The position numbers and the translations under genes are program-made. A stretch of 63,222 bases of DNA, filler included, from Perkinsus chesapeaki ATCC PRA-425 (lineage: Eukaryota; Protista; Perkinsozoa), in NCBI GenBank assembly GCA_013115145.1. It is 5 parts of 5 records of this genome, joined end to end, with 100 filler letters (N's around TTAATTAATTAA, not from the genome) between each part and the next. Parts side by side here need not be neighbours in the genome. Positions count along the whole stretch, not along the records: positions 24,571 to 56,091 come from JAAPAO010000418.1; 4 more parts are not named here. The stretch is one strand, 5' to 3'. Positions 24,799-38,396 of the stretch are shown in pieces; position 1 is the stretch's first letter, and every line of letters starts with the position of its first letter. The notes under the pieces were generated by a model, which was given only the letters and a program-made list of their open reading frames with translations, had not been told where the DNA came from and did no database searches.

Positions 24799-27032
24799 AT
24801 GAAGTCTTTTCTGTCGACAGCTCACAAGGTCTGTTAGGTCCTCCCGCACTCCCTCAATTACCTATGTTACTCTATTTGATTCTAACCTTGCTTGACTTGG
24901 TGTATGTTTTATTCATCCATCGATTCTCACTTTTGCCTTGTTGTTAAGGTATAGCGCCCTCGGCCTCGAGAGGTCCGCCTCGGAGATTGAAATAAAGAAG
25001 GCGTATCGGAAGCAAGCTTTGGTAAGTTCGCCTTCTCCTATCCGTTTACCATCGTCCCCACTTCAGCGGTGGCACCCGGACAAGAACCAAGACAATATAG
25101 AGGAGGCCACCGAAAGGTTCCAACAGATCGGCAGGGCCTATGAGATCCTTGGTGACTCTCAAAAGAGGAGACGGTAACTTGTTTCTTGTGTGTTTGGTGG
25201 AGTCTTATTTGTCAGGTATGACCTCGAGGGAACAGTAGAGGAAGAGGAAGCGTTCGAACACCAAAATATGAATGATTTTATGGTACCAATTATTGCAGGT
25301 CATCAGAGCCAGTTTTGTTATTTTAGAACTTGTTCGCGGCTGCAATGAGCGGAGGTTTCATGGGCCCCGGAGTAGCTTATCTTAGGTTGACGCGTGCACA
25401 TGTGACTGCTCAGATGTTCTTTGGCGGTGGATTCTTTGGTTCTCCGCATTTCTATGAAGCTTCTGATGATGATGAAGATGAAGAATACGATGACGAGGAG
25501 TTCATATATCTCGAAGTAAGAATACCAAATCACCGCCGGTGTGTGTGGGCTACAAGTTGAACGCCGCTATTCGACTCACCTGGCACCGATGTACTTTATT
25601 TTCTCCCAGACATATCTCAAGCTCGTTCTACTCGAGCTCGCAAGGCTTTCATGTGTTGTTACTATCTGTCGTAGACTCAGTAATGTATTCAGTTGATAAA
25701 CAAAATCTTTAGGGTTCATCACAACCATGAAAGAATCAATTCAGCTTCCTTGCCTCTCAATAGTCTCGTCTGACGTGAGACGTCGGAAACCCTTTTTGAG
25801 AATATCTACATGTCGATTCTTGGGGCTCTGGAGAATGGAATAAGCTAACTCTTCGGTATATCTTTAATGGTGGCGTTCGCCAACGTTGACCATATCGACC
25901 TTTAATAATGCTAGGCGTTACTAAAATCCAGTAGGCCATAGTGTGCATTTGTATGCAAACTAACTCGTCTTCTTTCTACAATATTATTCGTTGTATAATT
26001 AAGAATTCGGCATGATTGTCAGGAGCTCCTCGGTGGTCGCCGACGTAATCCTCATTTTGGTAGTAGAGCCTCACAGAGACAGGCTGCTGAAGACTTCGTG
26101 GCGGCCATGATGCTTGATGAGATTCTCAGAGTAACCCATCCCTTTGTGGACCACAACGAGTGTTGAAGTATTTTCCAAGTCTTCTGCTGCGTCAGGGTCA
26201 CGGCGGTCTCCACCGTCATTATCACGACGACGACGAGGACGACGAGGAATGGGAAACAATAGATGAAGACGAGGAGGACGACCCTTTGTGGGAGGTCCTG
26301 TTTATGGACCATTTCGCCCATACAACAAGCCAAGCTGGGGGAGGTGAGCCAATGAGCAACCGTCATTCGTTGAATGCTAGTGCTGTGTCAGGCGGAGCTA
26401 TGAAGTTCAAGTGTGGCATCTGCCGTCTTAGTCGCTCAGGTAAGATTCATTTTGCCGACCCCTTTTTGACGTGTGTGTTCACGCGTGGAGGTGCTGCCTA
26501 AACCATCGACATATAGGATCTTATTCGAAGCTAATAGCCGTATGAGATTATTAGACCCGTCATGTCAGCATCTACCCAACCCGGTGTGCTAGCCTTGGTG
26601 AGATTGTTGATAAGTGTTTCGTTTTGATATAGGAAATGCAGCTGGAAAGACGTACAAGGAGAAGGGGATCCACAAGCACATCGCCGAGGAGCATGAAGAG
26701 TGGCTTCAACGGTTCAAAGATATAATGGCTGAGAACTGCGAAGTTGCGGAGGATCCGTTCGATCTTGTAAGTCCACCAAAGATACCAATAAGCCATCATT
26801 TTGCTGTGTACAGGATGATGATGTGATAGAAGACGCCCTTGACATTGTTACGAAAGAGATAACCAAGTCGAAGGCATCTTCGTCATCATCATCTTCGAGT
26901 GCCGCCGCGGTGCCACCCGAAGGCTCAGCGAAGCCGACGGGCAAGGTTACTTCTCCTAGAACCGGTGGAGAGAGCAAAAATGCCAAGCGTCGACATAATC
27001 AACAAAAACGCCAGAAGAAGGGAAGACGATAA
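24799..27032 (+). CDS. DnaJ (Hsp40) protein with acidic tracts and C-terminal zinc-finger-like segment, multi-exon
   Basis: YSALGL...[10 protein letters not shown]|RWHPDKN...[18 protein letters not shown]|YD J-domain with HPD; later FKCGIC and [14 protein letters not shown]; basic C-terminal tail. Confidence 0.88.
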
Positions 27033-27197
27033 ATGACAAACTCTGATTAATAAAAGCTTCTTAATTCTCATTTAACTTGTCCCCTTTTTTGTGTTACTTT
27101 AGTACGGTTATATCCAACGCAACAATGGCACTATTGGACATGGCATGGGGGGAATCTTACAACAGACAACACAACCATGCGTTTGGTATCTCCTTCA

Positions 27198-27752
27198 TCA
27201 CTCATCCTGTTCCTCGCACCATTGCTCAATCGCCGAAGCGAGCTCCTCAGCTGTCTGAGGTGTGAAGGGCTTCGTACAGAAATGATCGAAATTGGGTGCC
27301 CAGCTTTGAGTTTTGAGATCCTCAACTCTACCAGCGGAGCAGCACACCAACATAACGGTACTAAAAGGGAGGGCCGGGAATCGAACCCACGACCTTTCGG
27401 ATGAAAGCCTTACCGAGCGAGCTCCCCCTCTTCCATCATTGTTCTGATCCTCTCAGCGGCTTCGGCGCCTCCCATTTTGGGGGGCATGTTGAGGTCTAGT
27501 AGAACAATGAGTGGATCTTCGGCATCGTCGCTCTCTTGGAGCTCGAGCTGAGGCCACGAAACGGCTACAGGTCGCCACAAACACAGCGTTATTTACCACG
27601 TTCTCGATAGCATCCTCACCGCAGTTGACTCTTTTAATTCTGTCCTCATCAAAACCGTGGCATGTAAGGCTCATTTCGGCCACATCCAAGTTGTCGTCTT
27701 CGTCATCGGCAAGGACCAAGTCGACAGCTTCGACACCCGAAAATGTGGGCAT
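27198..27752 (-). CDS. single-domain CheY-like response regulator receiver protein, 150 aa, 3 exons
   Basis: Exons 27752-27597, 27547-27414 and 27360-27198 total 453 nt: MPTFSGVEAVDLVLADDEDDNLDVAEMSL...ENV|LELQ...IVLLDLNMPPKMGGAEAAERIR...LAR|TVMLVCCSAG...FDHFCTKPFT. Acidic pair, phospho-Asp, Ser and Lys are all present. Confidence 0.9.
27365..27413 (-). other. tRNA 3'-half-like fragment in 53-nt response-regulator intron (sense)
   Basis: GTAAGGCTTTCATCCGAAAGGTCGTGGGTTCGATTCCCGGCCCTCCCTTTTAG. Confidence 0.72.
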
Positions 27753-28021
27753 ATCTTACTTTAGAAAGAACGGTGAAAGAAGGGACTGTACGATTCAAAA
27801 GATATTTTTCAGCTTAACTTGCAGGCAACGCTCAATAAGGAGCGATTAACTGATCACTTTGTTAAGGCCGGTATCAATGGAATGACCCGTCTCGAAGCAA
27901 ATTAGGAAAGAGCAAGATTGCAAGATATGGTTATGGCCTCCCTTTTGCGCGTGATCGATTTGGCTATAGCTTTTCCCTGTCGTCTTGGTCCCTCTCTACG
28001 GAGAAGTCATCAACTGCAGCG

Positions 28022-28526
28022 ATGCCGTCCTATAACCGTTTCGTGGAGCCTGGCCGCTTCTGCACCGTCACTTACGGTCCCGATGAGGGCAAACAGTGCA
28101 CTATCGTAGACATCGTCGATCACCGAAGGGTTGTCGTTGATGGTCCTAAGAACGTCACCGGTAATAGGGAAATAATAAATATATGTAATGTGGTTATTAG
28201 GTGTTGCCCGTCAGCAGATCCCCATCCGCTGGTTGGCTCTTTCCGACTTTGTCGTTCCGAACACTTTCCGTGGAGCTCACGGCCCTACTGTGGCCAAGGG
28301 CTTGAAGGAGGGTGATGTCCTTGCTAAGTTCAACGCTACTAGATTCGCCCGCAGGCGTGTTGCTCGCAAGAACAAGCTCGCGTAAGCATACAGTTAAAGT
28401 TAATTAATAGTATGTTTGTTATTATTTAGTCTTACCGACTTCGAGCGTTTCAAGGTTATGGTTGCCAAGAAGCGTATCGGTCAGGCCATGCGTACCTCCA
28501 TCAACAAGATCCGCAAGCAGCACTAA
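28022..28526 (+). CDS. RPL14: 60S ribosomal protein L14 (eL14), 3 exons
   Basis: [28 protein letters not shown]|GVARQQIP...|[14 protein letters not shown]. Confidence 0.97.
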
Positions 28527-28847
28527 ATACTGTTAAGTGGTGAAGATGCCGCTGAGGCCGTTAAACTAGTTTGACGACTAAAGCTGTATGATGATGACCA
28601 GGCTTCGGGCTGCATATTATATAAGAGTTGAGTTATATGTGATGGGATAAGATAGCAGAGGCAGAGTATCTTAGCTTCAACCGTGCAAGATACGAAATAG
28701 GTTAACATTAACCCATATGATATTAGTATAACTGATCTTACTATACTAGACAGCTACGCATCGCTAGTCGCACGCTAAGAAGCATTTCCCCATAGCAAAT
28801 GGCAGTATATTGTCCTGTGTTATATTTCCCCGCAGTAGTAGTTAAAT

Positions 28848-31349
<2,502 letters not shown>

Positions 31350-31599
31350 TCAATAGTAGATGATAAAGAAGAAGAAGTTGTTTGGTTATCATCGGTGTTA
31401 TTATCATTTATGGTGGTCCTGAAGTGAGTGCTATGAAGGCCATTAACCTTCGTAAGACTCCTTGTTCTATCGATAATGTATCAATTATTCCTACCTTATG
31501 ATGATACTCTTCCTTGATTCCAATCACACTGCTTCATCTTCCTTCGTCATAGTAGTTCTCAGCTGTTATCTGTACATCTTTTATTATTATGTCATCGTC

Positions 31600-31900
31600 A
31601 TCATCATCCTCCTGTCTGTATTGGTCTCTACCACTGCCACTAATCGATCGCTAGGGCGCAAGTTTTGGTGATCGATGGTGTTGTTGTTGCTGCTGGTGGT
31701 GACGGTAGGAATTGGTGCCCTTGTCGTTCGCGCGGAGGGATGAAGCTCATCACTGACAAAGATGGTAATTTGGTGGCGCGTGACAGGTTGTTGTTGTTTC
31801 TCACTATTGAAGGCTGCGGTTTGCGATACCCGCGTGCATCTATTAACTGTTTTATACTCAACGAGAGGATTCCGTCAGACTCATTGGTGAGTACATCTTC
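31600..31900 (-). CDS. exons of a hypothetical protein
   Basis: AG|..VLTNESDGILSLSIKQLIDAR|GT..AG exon structure; no family recognised. Confidence 0.3.
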
Positions 31901-32263
31901 AACAACAATATTGCTAACCGTCACCATTTCGACCAGGGCGGAGCGAAGCGCTGACGGTTCGGTGTTTTATTGCTCCCTTTGATTATTATTATCATCACTG
32001 CCCCTTTTGAGCTGCAAAGATGGCCCGTTGTATGGTAGCTGCGTGAAGTAATATTAATGATGATGAACAGCATTAGCAGCTCCAACCGTAGCAGCCGTCT
32101 CCATCTTTACAGTTGTTGCAGTCATCAGAATCGCACCTCTCCTCCCCATTACCGCGTCATAGTTGGAAATAAACCCACCACCACCATCATCATCAATTAT
32201 ACTTAATCCTATGTGAAGTGTTATTGTGTTGAATATCAATAGTAATAAAAGCTAGAATACTCC

Positions 32264-33226
32264 ATGACTAATTCCTCGGATACTCATGGTGCGGTTGAGG
32301 AGAAAAAAAGAGCGTCTGGGAATCGAACTTCCGCGGAGGAGATTTCAGCAGCCCAAATCGAGAGTGATCGACCGCTCAGGCAAAGCAAACCAGTTGCATC
32401 GCAGTCAGAGCTGACGGAAGCCGAGCGAACAATCCTGGAGCTCGAGAATCTTGGGGTTGGTCTCCGACTACGCCACGTTTGGCGTCAGCTAGTCGTCAGG
32501 TGAAATTCCCAAGCATCGCTGAGCTCGGGTATGACTTGTACTTAAAGGACTCCCATGGCATTGACGAGAAGGTGAAATGCACCCCCGATTGCCCGTGATT
32601 ACTTGTACAGGAAATCGCCGAGCTCGCTCGAGAGTTTCAGACTGTTAATGTTATCGGCGATGGAGTGATAACAGCAATAGAGGCCCGTTTGGCGTATAAC
32701 CGGTAGGGTGGCTTCTAGACGGTAGCGAATACAGTCGTCTTAGGGCTGGGGGATCAAGCAGCGATGATGAATTCACAGATGTGAGGGAACACATATCGCT
32801 TTCAGCTCTGAAGTCTTTTGGTAGGCTCTCAACCAGACAGACCCATCAGGAAAAGGCCTTTTGGATTTTCAAGACTTTATCAGGTGATTTGCCGCATTGC
32901 GTGGTCTGTCCCGGTTGGCGCAACTACTTTCATCAGGCTCGTGTCTTTGCTGAGGAAGAGTGTTATTACCGAGCATGAGATTATTGAAGCATTTAAGATA
33001 TTTGATAGAGATGGTGGAGGAACAATCGATGCCGCGGAGTTGACTAATGTGATGACCTCTATGGGGGATGCGATGACAGAAGAAGAAGCCGACGGTATGA
33101 TTAGACAGGCAGACACCACCGGCACTGGTGAGAAGGCTGCAAGAAGTACCCCTGTGAGCGATCGTATTGGATTTCAGGTGAGGTTGATTACCATGAGTTT
33201 GCAAAGTTGGTGTTGCATACATTGTG
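32264..33226 (+). CDS. calmodulin-like EF-hand protein, multi-exon; N-terminal exons uncertain
   Basis: EIIEAFKIFDRDGGGTIDAAELTNVMTSMGDAMTEEEADGMIRQADTTGTG|EVDYHEF (EF3/EF4); upstream EIAELAREFQTVNVIGDGVITAIE is a degenerate EF1. Confidence 0.85.
32303..32348 (-). other. B-box-like fragment in putative 60-nt intron 32289-32348 of the calmodulin-like gene (antisense)
   Basis: Minus strand TGAAATCTCCTCCGCGGAAGTTCGATTCCCAGACGCTC followed by TTTTTTT; the intron is in frame, so splicing is less certain. Confidence 0.55.
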
Positions 33227-33299
33227 ATAAGTTAAACCTGTTGCGTTATGAACACAAGTCGCAGAATTAACCGAAAAAACGTCCAGCAAACTCGGCAAT

Positions 33300-34580
33300 G
33301 CCGGATTGTGTGCTTTGTACGCGGCTCTTGAGCTGGGCGCTGAGGCCAGCTGCAGCATCACTCTGACAAAGAAGGATACACATCACCATTAAGGGCGACG
33401 ACTGCCTACTTGATTACTGCCTGCTGAAGGCTGCTGCACATTGCTCTCTCGAGTTATTGCTACGGATGAACTAGATGAAAGCGCCTCCACTCGTTTTGTT
33501 AGTGAGTCGATTTGTTCAACCAGTTCTAACTCCCTCCTTTGCGCTCGTGCACGCTGACGATTGAGTATTTCGAGAATAACCTGAGCACGAATAGGACCGT
33601 GCCGAAGCTCTCTGGTACCTTTGGGTCGTCAGAGTCCTCCGCTAAAGAAAGCTCCTCTTCGTCCTCCTCATGCATCGGTCTGCCGTCGAACTGCGTCCTC
33701 GTGGTTTCGGTATTATCCGCGGAGTTCATAGCCTGCATGAGTTGCGAAGAAAGAGCGGTATTCGAACCTGGACAATCATAACTAATCTCCAAGAGCAAGA
33801 AAATCGGTACTTCTCAATCGCTTCATCTCCTGTTCTAATTCTGCATTACGCCGCGTAAGTTGAAGATTCTTCGACTTAGCTTCTTCAGCATCGGCGGCAA
33901 GTATCGCCATTCGCTCGTTGTCCTTACGAAGTGCCGCAACCTCTTCAAGCAGGTCGTCGACTCTTCTAACGTGTATCTGGCAAGACGTACTCGAATGCGC
34001 ACGCGTGCACAATCTGGAACCTACCTTGTCTTTAGTAGCTAGAACCTCTCGCATTGCTTGGCACTCTTCTCGAAGATCAGTAACTGAATACTTAACTCAA
34101 GATAGTTCTCACCGTTATCCGATACAGGTAGCGAAGAGGCACAATGCAAGCTACTATGATGTGGAATACATCAGAAAAGGCGTTCCAGCGCTCCAGAGAG
34201 ATGCTAGATAATAACTTCCAGGACCTTCGTCGGCTAGCAATCCTCTGTAACCCTCCTCGACTCACCCGAGTCTCTGAGCAAATCTGCTTCCCTTTGGACC
34301 GACTCCAAGTATTGACGAAGGCTCAACTGAATAAAGCAATCCGAATCCAAATAAAACGTCCTTCCCTAGAGTCGCCCACATTCTCCGCTTGTAAGCTCTT
34401 CAGTTGGCTTCGGTGAACCTATTGTCCATCCTAATTTTTGCTATGGGCTGCTGCAATGTTCATGCTACCGTGCTCGATAATCCTTCCGATGTCGCACATT
34501 TCAGGGCTATTTCCCAGGCGTCTAGATCAGCTGGTTCGTCACCTGACTTTTGGTGTGATGAAGATGAGGACGTCATTAAA
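33300..34580 (-). CDS. hypothetical coiled-coil protein, multi-exon
   Basis: MTSSSSSHQKSGDEPADLDAWE first exon; VDDLLEEVAALRKDNER...ELEQEMKRL heptads; acidic EEDEEE tract. Confidence 0.45.
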
Positions 34581-34935
34581 AGGAAAGCTCCGAAGAATCC
34601 AATTTGAGGAGGAGCTCGGAACAGCTACGAACGACTAGCACCATCACAGTATTTCGGGCGATGTGCTGTAGAATATATATCTCACTATAACTTCAAGTAA
34701 CATTAATTATAAGGCTTAATAGCGGCAGGTGTACTTCAAGGTAGTTCAGCGAGTAGTACTTCATCAGATCGAAGAACTCCTTCGGTGTTTTTATCAAATA
34801 GAGTCTTGAATCAATAGCGATGCTTATAACCACTGGAGAACACAAATCGAAAGGACGAAATGAATGAAAGCGAGGAAAATAACAATAAGAAGATCTCGCG
34901 TTCCTATCTCGCTCCTGTAGCGTAAATGTGTTGGA

Positions 34936-37554
34936 CTAGAAGACGTCCAAATCTTCGACTCGGCAGGTGTTATCTTTCGATCCTTCATCTGTAGACTCAA
35001 CACCTCTATCTCTGTTGAGAATATCCATGACATCGTTACATACAATAGGTGGAGATTTACGTGGCCACCAATTAAGTCGACCGATAGCCTTGAGCAATGA
35101 CGGTGTTATCAAGGGACGCATCACAAAGGTATCAAAAATAACAGCGGTGACTAATAGGACACCAGCTTGATTCATCATGGGAACAGATGAGAATAGAAGA
35201 CCAGAAAAAGCAATTGTCATTATTGTGCCGGCCATAGAAATGACAGGTCCAGTCTTCCATACACCAACTTGTATGGCTGCTTCATCAGATAAGCCATTCT
35301 CATGCTCCTCAACAATCCTTCCAAGAAGGAATATATCATAATCTAATGCCAAACCAAGTATAATAGAAAAACCAATAGTTACCACCATCCATGATATCTC
35401 ACTAGTAACAGCTGGTGATATGGATTCAATATGGAGGAATTGTAACAATCCCAGCTGATGTGTAGCAACCAATACACCAAAGCCTACTATAATGGTTAAA
35501 GCTATAGTAAATATACTTCTTATAGGAATCATAACAGACTTATAAACAATACCAATAGCAAGCAGACACGTACCTGCAGTTGCTCCTACGAACTGCGGCA
35601 CACTACTTGCAACAGCGTTATTAACGTCGGCAGATATAGCACTGATTCCGGATATCCAAACTTTAAATACGTGGCCATGCTCAGCATTTAGATCATCAAC
35701 AACGTCTCTGAGACGATGAACAAACTCCGATGAGCTTGTAGAAGTCGGTGGTTGATCTGATAGGACTGTTACTTTCAATGCTGTGTGATCTGCATTCACA
35801 CTTTCATTGAAGGCTGTCTGAACGCCAATGCATATTGATGTTATACATGATGGATTTAGTAGATGCTCGACCAATGGTAAACTAAGAATCATTGGCTTTT
35901 CATTCGGAACTCGAGTATAAAATAGCCCTATCATGGCAGCATGACTTTGATCTGCAAGTAATTTAGTATCGATAGATTCACTAGCAACCATAGCTGTTGA
36001 CCAGAAAGGTTCAGATAGCACTGTAGAAGAATTTGCCACCTCGAACACTAGTACATACGGACCACCGATACCAGGAGGGAATAGCCGGACAAGATCATCT
36101 ATCACCTTGGCGATGCTAGAGCTCCGAGGAGTTAATAGATGAACATCATTGGTCAATCTCAAGTAGGCGCACGACCAGCCCAACAAAATCGAAAGCACCA
36201 CGGCAATGACTATGGAAGCCAAAAGCGCATACTTCGTAGTTGCAATCCGGCCCCAACTAAACCACAGCGGGGGATCGAATCTACAACATCTACCACCACA
36301 ACGCTCGCTGGCGAGGGTATCGCCTGTGGTACCGTTTTTGCGACAACAGCATAAAGAGCAACAATTAAAGTTAGCAAAGAAGCTAGGGAAAGTTAGTATT
36401 AATGTTGGTATGACCATCAAGTTGAGCGAGATGGAACACGTAAGCGATATAATAAAAGTCAATGCTACATGGCCGAAAGTCGGTATCAAAAGTATCCAGA
36501 TAAAACAGCATAAAAGAATGCCACCAGAGCTGACTATGACTGAACCACTGGTGCGTAACATTTCAATACAGGACTCTTCAACGGATCTTTTCCTCACTAC
36601 AATTTCCTCGCGAAATCTACTTAGTAAAATGAGGGAGTAATCAATGGACAAGGCCAATGCTATCGCGGCCATCATTATAGGGGCGGCTGAGTCCGCTGCT
36701 ACTAATAACGTCAACAAATACAGAAATGCCCCGCAGGTGGATAGGGAGAGTATAATGTTACATAGTGGTAAAAGTAGCAGTCTCCAAGAGCGCAAAGAGA
36801 ATGCCAGAACGGCAAATGCTAGAGGTAGTACGAAGAGATGTATAATCAACAAATCAATCTCTAGTATAGCCGGGATCTCCTTGATTAGGGTATGTGGACC
36901 ACTGAACTGCACGCTGAGATTGAAAGAGGCAAAGTCATTTTGAAGGATACCAACAACTTCTTGTTCTTGACGATATATTTCATTTGTAGTCCAATTATGT
37001 GAGAACATAACAGTCATTATTGATGACTTGTTATTATCCGATACAAATAACCTTGCCCCTCCTGGTAGAGCTTGAGCAGATGTGTACCCTTGTATTGAAA
37101 CACCCGATGAATCTTTCCAGAAATCTTCAACCTTCATTGTTATATTATTTATCAAACCATCTGTTATAAGATCATAAACACTTGATTCTGGTAGCTCCAC
37201 CAATAAGACTTCAGGTGTTAAAGTTGCTTCCGATCCATACAGTCGTTTGACCGCTTCGGCGGCATGCCAGCTCGGAAATGTGGGCAGCACTTGAAAATTG
37301 TTATCTATGTGGTCGTAAATATGGATAGCACCAGCAATAGAGACTGCTAGCATGGCAATCCAGAAGAGTATCAAAGCATAACGAAGTTTACTGAGAAGGC
37401 TGACATACTTCGGACAAACTACTCTCAAGTCGGGGAAGGAAGGCCGACGGCAAGCCATGAAAGGAAAATCGGAGCTGATAGAAAAATGCGGAGGAGCGAG
37501 TAGTGGAAAGAGACAACTCAAGACCGGGGATGCCAACCGTGAGATCATTACCAT
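34936..37554 (-). CDS. MMPL-family (RND superfamily) transporter, copy A, intronless; start may be a downstream Met
   Basis: Two repeats of TM + large loop + 5 TM; ALSIDYSLILLSRFREE and GLALDYDIFLLGRIVEE (TM4/TM10 Asp-Tyr pairs); GPVISMAGTIM. Confidence 0.92.
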   Translation of the reverse strand: MVMISRLASPVLSCLFPLLAPPHFSISSDFPFMACRRPSFPDLRVVCPKYVSLLSKLRYALILFWIAMLAVSIAGAIHIYDHIDNNFQVLPTFPSWHAAEAVKRLYGSEATLTPEVLLVELPESSVYDLITDGLINNITMKVEDFWKDSSGVSIQGYTSAQALPGGARLFVSDNNKSSIMTVMFSHNWTTNEIYRQEQEVVGILQNDFASFNLSVQFSGPHTLIKEIPAILEIDLLIIHLFVLPLAFAVLAFSLRSWRLLLLPLCNIILSLSTCGAFLYLLTLLVAADSAAPIMMAAIALALSIDYSLILLSRFREEIVVRKRSVEESCIEMLRTSGSVIVSSGGILLCCFIWILLIPTFGHVALTFIISLTCSISLNLMVIPTLILTFPSFFANFNCCSLCCCRKNGTTGDTLASERCGGRCCRFDPPLWFSWGRIATTKYALLASIVIAVVLSILLGWSCAYLRLTNDVHLLTPRSSSIAKVIDDLVRLFPPGIGGPYVLVFEVANSSTVLSEPFWSTAMVASESIDTKLLADQSHAAMIGLFYTRVPNEKPMILSLPLVEHLLNPSCITSICIGVQTAFNESVNADHTALKVTVLSDQPPTSTSSSEFVHRLRDVVDDLNAEHGHVFKVWISGISAISADVNNAVASSVPQFVGATAGTCLLAIGIVYKSVMIPIRSIFTIALTIIVGFGVLVATHQLGLLQFLHIESISPAVTSEISWMVVTIGFSIILGLALDYDIFLLGRIVEEHENGLSDEAAIQVGVWKTGPVISMAGTIMTIAFSGLLFSSVPMMNQAGVLLVTAVIFDTFVMRPLITPSLLKAIGRLNWWPRKSPPIVCNDVMDILNRDRGVESTDEGSKDNTCRVEDLDVF

Positions 37555-38396
37555 CGAAAACTACTCGACGGTGAGGCGACCAAATCCTAACACTAGAAAT
37601 AAAAACCCTACGCTGTGATTATTTAAATAAAACATGATCGGTTAGTTAACGATCAGGTATGGTGGGGTTTATTTGCTATTATAATAAACCAAATTGATAC
37701 AATAAAATTATCATGATACTCGCCGCATATAATAAGAAAACGAGCTCATCGCTGTTGAGCTCATCACAACAGACAGCAAATTGAAAGGATACAATAGGGG
37801 CCCCATTCTGAGGGATCGAATGTTACCAAAGGCATGACTATTCTTTATGACTCTCATCAAGTGCTTTTCACCACTCTATTGACGACCGGTTTTATTGGCA
37901 CGAACTATGCGCGTTCGAGACGCTAATGACAGTTTCTAATAGAAGCCTCACACGTCACTCTGAAAATGTGGGTCATGTGGAGGAGGGGACCTAACACCAA
38001 CTCTTGCCATCGCATAGGCTATAAGCGATATCACAACACAGCTTACCACGAAGTGTACGCTCCATAGCCTGGAGTGGACGAAATTCGGACGGACTGGCAG
38101 TCTGCAGTATATGCTCGTCTCCGAGGACCGCCGCCGCCTTGACCTGGAACATCATGAGTACAGGAAATGAGAGGACACAATTGGGACAGTCCTACTGTTG
38201 GGATATCGACTCCCTCCAAACGAGTGGTGAGAAGCTCTCACTGATCCAGGCGTTCTGAGTATACCGTTCCCAGACGTGAGCTCGGCGTCTAGTGGCGCTG
38301 GTTTGCGTAACCTGGAATGAAGACACTGCCATTTTAAGAAGCCAATAACATGATGATAGACGACGCACTGTCCGGCAAAAGAAGTATGCATCCAAT

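Noticed and set aside
32303-32385. Possible intact tRNA-Ser or tRNA-Sec on the minus strand
   Set aside because: No acceptor or D-stem pairing could be built; kept only as a B-box fragment.
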